DNA from: a virus
Lineage: Duplodnaviria > Caudoviricetes
Reading direction: 5' to 3' (one strand)
Length of the DNA: 64,000 bases
Virus record (IMG/VR): IMGVR_UViG_3300030095_006531
Coordinates: 12,457-76,456 of that record
In this document: piece after piece, positions 33,862 to 41,978 of the stretch
Position numbering within the stretch: position 1 is the stretch's first letter
Layout: the number at the start of each line of letters is the position of its first letter
The notes under the pieces: generated by a model
The model's input: only the letters and a program-made list of their open reading frames with translations
The model's database searches: none
Told to the model about the DNA's origin: nothing
Made by a program: the position numbers and the translations under genes

Positions 33862-36416
33862 TATTTACTGCTTATGTCCTTTTTCATATTATTTTGTGAT
33901 GGTTTTTGGTTCCCTAATTTTGGTTTGATAGAACCTATTTGAGCACTGTCTGGCTTTCCATAGACTGTTGTTGTATATCCTTGTCTCGTTACTGTATTAG
34001 TTGTTCTTGTCACTAGATAATAACCTGCTAATCCTATATATGAGGCCCATTCATATGCCGGAACTTCCCCTTTTAGTGATTTAGGTAAATTGCTTGGAAC
34101 ACCAAGCGAGCGAGGCTCTAAATATATATAATTGCCGTTTTGTATAATGGGGTTTCCAAACATCTCAACATTACAATCGTACATTTGTGCCACGACCAAA
34201 CTGTTTCCTGAACCGTCTGCGTGTCTAACTATATTTTCAGCCACGAAAGATTGTGGTGTTTTGATCCTATTTAGTGTGATTTTTTTAACCAAACCAGAAC
34301 TTCCACCTATTGTAAGTGTTGAAATGCTATTTTTTTCATTATAAAGACGTTTGGCGGATAGATCTCCTTTTTTAACTTTTAAGAAGTCAGGAGAAGAGAC
34401 ATTACCTTGGAGAACCATATATTCCTTAACATCGTTGCCCCTATTTTCTTTAACAGATTCCCATCTTGCCTCCGCTATTTCTTCCAGAGTGATCCTTTTG
34501 TTTGTCCCTTTTTTCCATATTTCGTCTAAAGGATCGCCGTTAGGAATGTTAAATCTGTATATTGATGCACGACCTCTTTCCCCATCAAGTTTTCCACCGA
34601 ATAAACACCCACTCATAGCTCTTGATACTAAATCACCACAAACATCTCGAAGAAGTTGGGGTAAAGGATATGAGTCTTTTTGGGCTGCCCAAACATTTTC
34701 ATTCCAAAAATTTTGAAATGTATTGAAAGAAATAGGTATATCAGCTAAACAAATACTATCAACTAAAGTTTCTTTTTCTTTGCCGCCAATTACTTGAATT
34801 GCCGAAATAGGGTTTTTAATTCTTGTAGTGCCCACAATTACCCTTATTTGATCCCACATCTTTTTTTCTAGATCATTTGCTTTATTGCCTGATTTATTAA
34901 GATTACAGTCGCTTTTGATTTCTGGTCTTTCGTGAATAATGGCACAAGCCGCTTGAATCAGATCTCCTAAGAAAAAAAAGTTTAAACGATGTGGTGTATC
35001 TTTTTTTTTCTTGTTGTTTGAATATTTTTTACCCCAGTTTGCCTGGAAGTCTTTTCTTTCCTTTTCTCCCTGTAAGTTCGTTTTTTTCACTAGTGCAATA
35101 GCGTCTGAAACATACTGATCGGTTGTGGAGATTTCGGGAAGTTCGAGAGCATCATTTATTGTATCATACACCCTTTTAACTTTTTTGTTTTTTTCGTCCT
35201 GCTTTTGTTTGAGTTGAGCAGTGGTTATGGCTTTTTTGCCCTTACCTTGTTCTATCTCTTTCGCGAATGTTTCTTTTAAATCTCCGTAAGCGTTGACAAC
35301 ATCTGCTGTGAGATCAATATAAAACAATCTGCCTCCAAGTTCATCTCTGCTCCCCTTAAAGGTAAGAATATAATTTAACAATTGAGAGTATGCATCTTGT
35401 TCGGATACAGAATTTAAACCGTATAACCTTTGCTTCAAGCCATTTAAGGTGTTTTTATCCACTTCTTTATCTCGATCAGATATTAATTCTTCACCTTGTT
35501 GCTTCTTTTTAACGTCTTGTATTTGTCGGTTTATTCTAGATTTTTCGTTTTTAACAATTTGATCCTCCAGTGTAGTAGGGGATGTCAAAAACAAATCATA
35601 TTCAACACTAGTTGGTGCTCTAAAATCCATGTTCCCTGTAAAAGTAGCTGCAAACTTAACTGAGCCGTCTTCAGCGAAATCCATCTCGTGCTTGTATACG
35701 TTCAATAAAAGAGTTTGTTTTAACGAGTTTACAAGATTTATCTGTTGTTGGGTAAAAATACTGTTTTGAGGATCGTCAGGGACTGAATACCCCACAACAA
35801 CTTTAATTGGCCATGCAATGTTGGCGTCTTGAACATTTTGTTGTTGTTGGGACACATACTGATCTTTTGCTTGTTGGGCATGAATTAAATTAAAGAAACC
35901 ATATTCAACTCCCTCTACAGTTCCTCTTTTCATGAAAAGCCCTTCGAGGCTTTGAAACCGCATCTTTAAACTACCTTCAAAGGAGCCAAAATTATCATTT
36001 TTGTTTTGATCAACCCATTGGATACTCTCAAAAGTAACATCAGTTCCGCGACCAGAAAAGCTCTTTGTAATAGATTCCAAAGATTGAACATCATTCAAGG
36101 GAAGTTGAGCATAAATTGGACCTTGATCGGTTCGTATGGTGACATATATTTTTATTTGAGGAACTAGCAGTGATAATTGAGCTGTTGTGAAACTGTTAAA
36201 CTCTAATTCTTGTGAATAGGGTGTACTAATTAATCGATTAACTTCGGCACCAGGTTCTCCGCTTAATTGTATAAAGTTCGGATAGTTTACTGGCACCATT
36301 ATAGGTTCATCGGGCTTGCGATCAGCATTATATACCGTGTTTTGAAAAATATGAATAAAATCCATCAAAAATGCTTGGTCTGAAAATTCATAACCTTTGG
36401 TATTTTTGGTTCCCAT
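33861..36416 (-). CDS. Baseplate hub-like protein (gp27/late-control D type)
   Basis: C-terminal VEMFGNP..GNYIYL..GYYLVT..TTTV pattern; position. Confidence 0.55.
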   Translation of the reverse strand: MGTKNTKGYEFSDQAFLMDFIHIFQNTVYNADRKPDEPIMVPVNYPNFIQLSGEPGAEVNRLISTPYSQELEFNSFTTAQLSLLVPQIKIYVTIRTDQGPIYAQLPLNDVQSLESITKSFSGRGTDVTFESIQWVDQNKNDNFGSFEGSLKMRFQSLEGLFMKRGTVEGVEYGFFNLIHAQQAKDQYVSQQQQNVQDANIAWPIKVVVGYSVPDDPQNSIFTQQQINLVNSLKQTLLLNVYKHEMDFAEDGSVKFAATFTGNMDFRAPTSVEYDLFLTSPTTLEDQIVKNEKSRINRQIQDVKKKQQGEELISDRDKEVDKNTLNGLKQRLYGLNSVSEQDAYSQLLNYILTFKGSRDELGGRLFYIDLTADVVNAYGDLKETFAKEIEQGKGKKAITTAQLKQKQDEKNKKVKRVYDTINDALELPEISTTDQYVSDAIALVKKTNLQGEKERKDFQANWGKKYSNNKKKKDTPHRLNFFFLGDLIQAACAIIHERPEIKSDCNLNKSGNKANDLEKKMWDQIRVIVGTTRIKNPISAIQVIGGKEKETLVDSICLADIPISFNTFQNFWNENVWAAQKDSYPLPQLLRDVCGDLVSRAMSGCLFGGKLDGERGRASIYRFNIPNGDPLDEIWKKGTNKRITLEEIAEARWESVKENRGNDVKEYMVLQGNVSSPDFLKVKKGDLSAKRLYNEKNSISTLTIGGSSGLVKKITLNRIKTPQSFVAENIVRHADGSGNSLVVAQMYDCNVEMFGNPIIQNGNYIYLEPRSLGVPSNLPKSLKGEVPAYEWASYIGLAGYYLVTRTTNTVTRQGYTTTVYGKPDSAQIGSIKPKLGNQKPSQNNMKKDISSK

Positions 36417-36417
36417 T

Positions 36418-36756
36418 TTACACCTCTGTTTGATCTAGCCATTCATCAAGTGGAGTAGGTATGACAATTGTGTCTCCTATTTTAAGATGAGCTTCAGTTG
36501 GCGCACGATTAAACCATGCAATTACCCACCATAAACTAGAGTCATTATAATATTGTTGAGCCAATTTATAGTAGCGATCTCCAACCTTCCACAAGTGAGA
36601 GATGCCGTTAATGTTTTTCATTTCTTTAGCGTCCAAATGTTTTAGTTTTGGGGTGAAATATTGACGAATAAATTTAACATCTCTTTCTTTAAAAAGATTA
36701 TCATACTGGGTTGATGAATTTGTTCCTATCTCGGTTTTAGAATATCTTGATGTCAT
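36418..36756 (-). CDS. LysM-like baseplate protein (gp53/tail X type)
   Basis: GDRYYKLAQQYYNDSSLWWVIAWFN..LKIGDTIVIP. Confidence 0.8.
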   Translation of the reverse strand: MTSRYSKTEIGTNSSTQYDNLFKERDVKFIRQYFTPKLKHLDAKEMKNINGISHLWKVGDRYYKLAQQYYNDSSLWWVIAWFNRAPTEAHLKIGDTIVIPTPLDEWLDQTEV

Positions 36757-37544
36757 TCGTTCTCTCCCGTTATTTTGTTTTTGTCTTTCTGATCAAGAGA
36801 TGGGTTTGGTTTGTTATTTTCTGCTATGAGTGTTGGGGTTGGACTTCCTGCGATAAGCTGTCCATAGGGAAAATTTGGTGCTTGTGGTGAATGATAATTC
36901 AATGAACCTTTTTGGAGTTTAATTTCACTGAATTTCCAACCCAATTTGTGTTGATGAATGATTGTCAAGTTCGTAGTGATTGTACAAACTTTTGGGTAAA
37001 GAACATTTTTGTTTTTTCCATTTTTTTCACGCGCTGTAAAAACACCTGGCTCTAATGTTGGTTGATATGCAAAACCTTGGCAAGCACATACAAGCCCCAT
37101 TCCATTTTCAGAATCTTGTGCCCAATTCATAAATTTGACTTTAAGTAAAGGAGCTGCTTTAATTGTTTGTGGACCGGAATCTCCCTCGAATGTAGGATAC
37201 AGCATCTGAGCCAATGTTGAAATTCTAGATAAATTTTGTTTTGCTTCCGTTAAATCACCAGCTACAACATCAAAGCCCAAAGTCATTGTCCTTTTTGTAG
37301 ATTCAAACTGCATAACATCATCCATTCGTCCATAACCAGAGTGAGCATTCCACCTAGAGCTGTATTGGTCCTGGAAATTCTTTAAAAAGGCTTTAAATGT
37401 GACGCGAGTTCCAGTTGGAACATGTTCAAATGTAATAACCTGCCCGAGGCCGCGAGCCAACGCCTCGGTTTGGTCAACATAGCTTCCTTGAATGTTCCTG
37501 AAAAAATCAGCTAGTGCTCCTGGTCCTCTATCATTATCAGCCAT
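36753..37544 (-). CDS. Tail tube initiator-like baseplate protein
   Basis: FKAFL..F.D.YS..W...GR.D...F..TKR.M.LGF; position after the tape measure gene. Confidence 0.65.
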   Translation of the reverse strand: MADNDRGPGALADFFRNIQGSYVDQTEALARGLGQVITFEHVPTGTRVTFKAFLKNFQDQYSSRWNAHSGYGRMDDVMQFESTKRTMTLGFDVVAGDLTEAKQNLSRISTLAQMLYPTFEGDSGPQTIKAAPLLKVKFMNWAQDSENGMGLVCACQGFAYQPTLEPGVFTAREKNGKNKNVLYPKVCTITTNLTIIHQHKLGWKFSEIKLQKGSLNYHSPQAPNFPYGQLIAGSPTPTLIAENNKPNPSLDQKDKNKITGENE

Positions 37545-37594
37545 TATTCTTGTCCTCTCTTAGTATATATGAGGAAAACAAAAAATACGTTTTA

Positions 37595-39997
37595 TTATCC
37601 TGAAACGTCATAATTGTTGCCAAACAACACTCTCCCTACTTTTTCACCATCTAGATAAATGTTGCCCTTATCATTGTTCGAGCCAGGATTCATACCGTTA
37701 TTGTTCATCAGTGAAGCTGCCATTACAAAGGCATTTCCTGATGGTGCATAAATAAGACCTTCGTCTTGTCGAAATCTTGTGGGGGTCATTGATTGTACAT
37801 TTCCACCAGAGTGTCTGTTTTCTCTAATTGCATCCAAGATGTCAGACTTGCTTGTAAGATCGCCTACACCCATAGCACTCAAAGCTTGACCAACCGCAGT
37901 CATTTGAAGGTCGTTCGAACTTCTTCCCGCTTTTAATTCTGAAATAAAATCATTTACTGCCTGTAACCCACCAAGTTTCGCGTTATTCGCTGCAAGCTGT
38001 CCAGCAAATTCTTGGTCGAAAGCTTTGATGCCTGCGAATTCCAGTGCCTCATCAGGGATAAAACGCCCGAGGCCACCTGCCGCGCTATTTCTTTCTGTAT
38101 TTATAAATTCCCCTAAAATACCACCATATCTATCTGATAATTTGACTTCAAAGGATGTCAAAACAGAATCGATAATACCATCAACCTCTTTCTTTATAGC
38201 CTCTCCAATCGCGCCAAAAAGAGATTTTGATTCTCCACCTTCTTTGTTATATTTTTCAAAGAAATTACCAACACTCGTCAATCCTTCTTTAATTTTTCCA
38301 ATAAAATTTGTCCAAGTATTGAGTAATCCATCAGTAACAGCTTTTGAGTTGTTGAGTGGACTGTTGGTTCCACTAAAAAGATTTCTTATGGCAGTATACA
38401 GTTCTTTAACGGGTTTAATCCAATCCTTTAGTGGACCTTCTTTTGAGTATTTATCCAAAAAACCGGTAATACTTTTGTCCAACTTAATAAACTGATTTGC
38501 CAGTGAATTTACAAGGCCGGGAACACCTGTGTTTTCGTCCCAATTAGTTAGAAGCCATGTAGTCACTGCAACTAAGCCAGTTGCAGGTGACGTGAATAAT
38601 TCTAAAAGAGGCATCATTGCCTTCTTTAACCCACTAACTGCAAATGATGTGGCAGTCATTTTAAGGGCAAATATTCCAAAACTTTTAATCTGGTCTTTTA
38701 GTTCAGGGCTAAAACCTTTGTACAGGTTTGTGACACTTTCAATACCAGACGCAAATGATGACAGGACTGTAGTAATGGCTTTACCGCCTGATCCAGACAT
38801 CATAAAACTAGCAAATTCTTGCATTATTGGAAGAAACTTGCTTCCGATTATCCTACTTGCGCTCTCAAAAAATGCTTGGAATCTTTCTGCAATTGTGACA
38901 CCTTTTTCGATGGCTTTGTTTAAGTTTATCTGTGCGCGTTGTTGCGGACTCATCTTTTCCACTACTCTATCTATAGCTGATTGGTTTGCTCCTAATTCTC
39001 GATACATTTCTGCCATGTCTTTAAAACCAAACGCTCTCATCAAATCTTTTTGACGGAATCTGCTGAATTGGTCAATGGATTTTCCACTAAGCCTAATAGA
39101 GTCTCTTAACAAATCTATTCTTTCGGCCTCATCAGCTTTCAACATTTTAATGCTGTTAAGATAAGGGCCACCCAATAACATGTTCAATTTACCAACTTTT
39201 TCTGCACCTGATTCAAACTCATCAAAGTCTTCGGTAATAGCTACAAGACGACTCATTTCAGTTCCTGTTGCCTTAGATTGAGCTGCCAATTTCAAAAAAA
39301 TATTTTCTGCTCCCTTTCCATATCTGATAAGATTCGGCATTACCGAATTATAGTCCGCAATCATACGTTTTGGTGCAATCCCGGCAGAAAGAGCAGCTTT
39401 AGTGATTCTGTCTTGAGTCTTAATCATGTCTGTTTGGCTCATATTTAGGGCTTTGCCCAATAATTGAAATTGTTTTGCAGTATCTCCACTACTTATTCCA
39501 AGTTTTTCCATTTGAAGTGCTTGTCTGGCAAGTGTTTTTTGCACTTTTGGCCCCAACAAAGAAAAATCACTAAAACCTTCGTTCAACTCGATAAAAGAAC
39601 TTTTAACCTCGTCGGTGTTGACACCAAGCCCCACTAAAGCACCTTGAAGACTAAGCACACTAGAGGCGTATTGATCTGATTGTCCGGTTGCTCTTTGTAA
39701 TTCTGCCCTTACACTATCAATTTGACCTGCTGCGTCAGAAAATGACTTAAACCAACCTCCACCACTTCCCATGACACCTGCCAAACTTTGGGCATTCTTG
39801 TCAAAGGTGTCAAAGCTTTTTGTAACTGTATCAACAGCTCTTTTGAGGTTGTCTATAACGTTTGTAAGACCTTCAATACCAGCAGTTGTGGATGCGACTG
39901 CGGCTCCGGTGCCAGGTGCAATTTGCCCTGCTGCTGCTCCGGCAAGCGCAGCTCGACCAGCAGCGCCGAGTAGTCCTGGGTTTATTGGGTCAGCCAT
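37595..39997 (-). CDS. Tape measure protein
   Basis: 800 aa, helical Ala/Gly/Leu-rich, located between tail chaperones and baseplate. Confidence 0.85.
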   Translation of the reverse strand: MADPINPGLLGAAGRAALAGAAAGQIAPGTGAAVASTTAGIEGLTNVIDNLKRAVDTVTKSFDTFDKNAQSLAGVMGSGGGWFKSFSDAAGQIDSVRAELQRATGQSDQYASSVLSLQGALVGLGVNTDEVKSSFIELNEGFSDFSLLGPKVQKTLARQALQMEKLGISSGDTAKQFQLLGKALNMSQTDMIKTQDRITKAALSAGIAPKRMIADYNSVMPNLIRYGKGAENIFLKLAAQSKATGTEMSRLVAITEDFDEFESGAEKVGKLNMLLGGPYLNSIKMLKADEAERIDLLRDSIRLSGKSIDQFSRFRQKDLMRAFGFKDMAEMYRELGANQSAIDRVVEKMSPQQRAQINLNKAIEKGVTIAERFQAFFESASRIIGSKFLPIMQEFASFMMSGSGGKAITTVLSSFASGIESVTNLYKGFSPELKDQIKSFGIFALKMTATSFAVSGLKKAMMPLLELFTSPATGLVAVTTWLLTNWDENTGVPGLVNSLANQFIKLDKSITGFLDKYSKEGPLKDWIKPVKELYTAIRNLFSGTNSPLNNSKAVTDGLLNTWTNFIGKIKEGLTSVGNFFEKYNKEGGESKSLFGAIGEAIKKEVDGIIDSVLTSFEVKLSDRYGGILGEFINTERNSAAGGLGRFIPDEALEFAGIKAFDQEFAGQLAANNAKLGGLQAVNDFISELKAGRSSNDLQMTAVGQALSAMGVGDLTSKSDILDAIRENRHSGGNVQSMTPTRFRQDEGLIYAPSGNAFVMAASLMNNNGMNPGSNNDKGNIYLDGEKVGRVLFGNNYDVSG

Positions 39998-40005
39998 CTA
40001 GTATA

Positions 40006-40275
40006 TTACCTCAGAGGCCAATCGATTTTCATTGTTTGTTCAAACTTATCGACTTGTCGTTCCAAAGATGATCTTTCTTTTTCTGTTCTTGGATGCTCTG
40101 AACCATACTGTTGGAATGCTTCTAAGTATCTTTTTTCTTGCACCAACGTCCTCGTCAAAAGGTCTAACTGTTCTTGTGTTCCTTTAATTGACACAGGAGC
40201 AACATCTGCACCCATCATCGCTTTTAAGATATTTTTAATGTTTTCAGAAAAATTAATTACCTGTTCATCTTTCAT
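40006..40275 (-). CDS. Hypothetical tail-module protein
   Basis: Start moved to ATG 40275 after GAGG. Confidence 0.6.
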   Translation of the reverse strand: MKDEQVINFSENIKNILKAMMGADVAPVSIKGTQEQLDLLTRTLVQEKRYLEAFQQYGSEHPRTEKERSSLERQVDKFEQTMKIDWPLR

Positions 40276-40293
40276 GATGTAAACCTCACAAGA

Positions 40294-40301
40294 TAAATAG
40301 T
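40294..40301 (-). promoter_or_regulatory. Putative late promoter motif ACTATTTA
   Basis: Just downstream of a terminator, 18 nt before ATG 40275. Confidence 0.65.
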
Positions 40302-40310
40302 TCATTCAAA

Positions 40311-40337
40311 AAATAAAAAACCTCCACAAGGGAGGTT
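40311..40337 (-). terminator. Rho-independent terminator
   Basis: AACCTCC-CTTGT-GGAGGTT plus U-tract. Confidence 0.75.
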
Positions 40338-40345
40338 CTAAAGTA

Positions 40346-40555
40346 TTAACGACCTCTCACATTTCCTCTTTGAGAGGCTTGAGAGGCTTTTTCCATTTGT
40401 TCTTGTTCTCGCTTGAATTCTTTGCCGATTCTTTCTACCCACCACTCTCTTAATTTAATGGGTAAACTATAGGCTTCGGCGAAACTCCAACCACCATAGT
40501 GTTTTAAATAGAATAAATGTTCATACACATATTCTATATACTTATCACTTAGGCC
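40346..40555 (-). CDS. Tail assembly chaperone C-terminal frame, probably a frameshift product
   Basis: Frame stays open from the T7 run: GLSDKYIEYVYEHLFYLKHYGGWSF... Confidence 0.65.
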   Translation of the reverse strand, partial: GLSDKYIEYVYEHLFYLKHYGGWSFAEAYSLPIKLREWWVERIGKEFKREQEQMEKASQASQRGNVRGR

Positions 40556-41375
40556 AAAAAAAGTTGGTTGAGAACGGGATGTTTACGTCATTTTCAGCGC
40601 CACAATTTTGACACTCAAACTCGCAACTCATGTCTACGTCTGGACGGGCGCGATCATATTCTTTACGAAGATGACTGGCGTCCATTGCAGGCATTACATC
40701 AACAAATTCCTCAACCTTACTCCTTTCTGTTACTCCATTCAAAGATACAATAATCATTTTATATTGATCTGTCATAGTTGTGTCTGTTAGATTCATTTTA
40801 TTTCTTTTTTCTGCTCTGCGGAGCAGCTCGGCTTCATCTTTTCCGGTTAATAGGCAACATTCTGCTACAACACCTGTTTTAGGCAGTGTAATGTAAAATG
40901 TTCCGTGTTCAGAGAACTCAATGTCTTCTGGTGTTTCTTTTGTTTGTAGAGCGGAAAGATCATACGATTGCTCGCTCTTGTGACCGCACTCCTCACATAT
41001 AACATGTGCGTCATAGTTTTCACCAAAACCACTGATTCGGGCGGCAACGACTAGAGCGTTTTTGTCGCCTGTAAAAATCTCGTTTGCTTTAATGTTTTTA
41101 TCAACAACAAGACTTTCTATCATCCTGTCAATTGCAATTCCCTTTTTTAAAAGTGATTTTGATGTTAAAATATCTGTTTCTTTTGCGCTCATATAGCGCA
41201 TCTCTACTTGTTCCACATTATGTAGTGGATGGTCTGGGGGATAGAATTTTCCTTTTGTTGGAATTGGTACAAATTCTGTTGGTATTACAAAGTTAAGTAA
41301 TGAATTTGTACTTTCAGAAGACGATGATTCATCTTCTTTACGAACCCCCAAACGAGATTCATTGTTTCGTGGCAT
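40545..41375 (-). CDS. Tail assembly chaperone / T4 gp26-like protein
   Basis: VPIPTKGKFY, KETDILTS, DKNALVVAARISGFG, two CxxC and the end NFFWP. Confidence 0.75.
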   Translation of the reverse strand: MPRNNESRLGVRKEDESSSSESTNSLLNFVIPTEFVPIPTKGKFYPPDHPLHNVEQVEMRYMSAKETDILTSKSLLKKGIAIDRMIESLVVDKNIKANEIFTGDKNALVVAARISGFGENYDAHVICEECGHKSEQSYDLSALQTKETPEDIEFSEHGTFYITLPKTGVVAECCLLTGKDEAELLRRAEKRNKMNLTDTTMTDQYKMIIVSLNGVTERSKVEEFVDVMPAMDASHLRKEYDRARPDVDMSCEFECQNCGAENDVNIPFSTNFFWPK

Positions 41376-41403
41376 ATATACCTCTTGTAGTTCCTTTTAT
41401 TTA

Positions 41404-41940
41404 TTAACCGCTGAAGCCAGTAGGGTAGTTTCGAGGAGGATTAACCGTGGTCAAACCTGCATTATCGTAGCTCAGTGAAATTTCAACATTTAGAATATCT
41501 TCACTGTCATACGACAACTGCCCGAAATCGGCAGACTCAATCCAAGCATTTTTTAATCGCCAAGACTCTATCACATCACCCTCTGCGTTAATAGTTTGTA
41601 TCTGTACTGATTGTAACGCATTTACGGCTGATTTTTTAGAAATTGTTTGAAATGAATTTACTGCTGGCAAATTATACCCTGATGCGTCCAAAAGAGCCAT
41701 CAGTTTGGCTGAACCGTTGTCTTCATCTCCAACCGTATCAACAATCGTGAAGTTAATTGGGTTCCAAGTTGTTCTTCCTGGGTAGTAAAAAGTGTGATTA
41801 AGATACTGGTGTTGCGATTTACCAATCGTGAAAGATGGTTTTTTTACACTCTTAATAATATATTGCGGAAAGCCTGGAATGCTTAAGATAAACCTATAAC
41901 CGCGTTTAGGTTCTACGTCTGTTGTTTGCCAAAATGCCAT
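41404..41940 (-). CDS. Tail tube protein (gp19-like)
   Basis: EPKRGYRF, YYPGRTTW and W.LKNAW...FG.LSYDS motifs. Confidence 0.88.
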   Translation of the reverse strand: MAFWQTTDVEPKRGYRFILSIPGFPQYIIKSVKKPSFTIGKSQHQYLNHTFYYPGRTTWNPINFTIVDTVGDEDNGSAKLMALLDASGYNLPAVNSFQTISKKSAVNALQSVQIQTINAEGDVIESWRLKNAWIESADFGQLSYDSEDILNVEISLSYDNAGLTTVNPPRNYPTGFSG

Positions 41941-41957
41941 TTGTTATTCTCCTTTTG

Positions 41958-41965
41958 TAAATAGT
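41958..41965 (-). promoter_or_regulatory. Putative late promoter motif ACTATTTA
   Basis: Intergenic, upstream of the tube gene SD. Confidence 0.65.
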
Positions 41966-41978
41966 GCCCTTTTTTATT

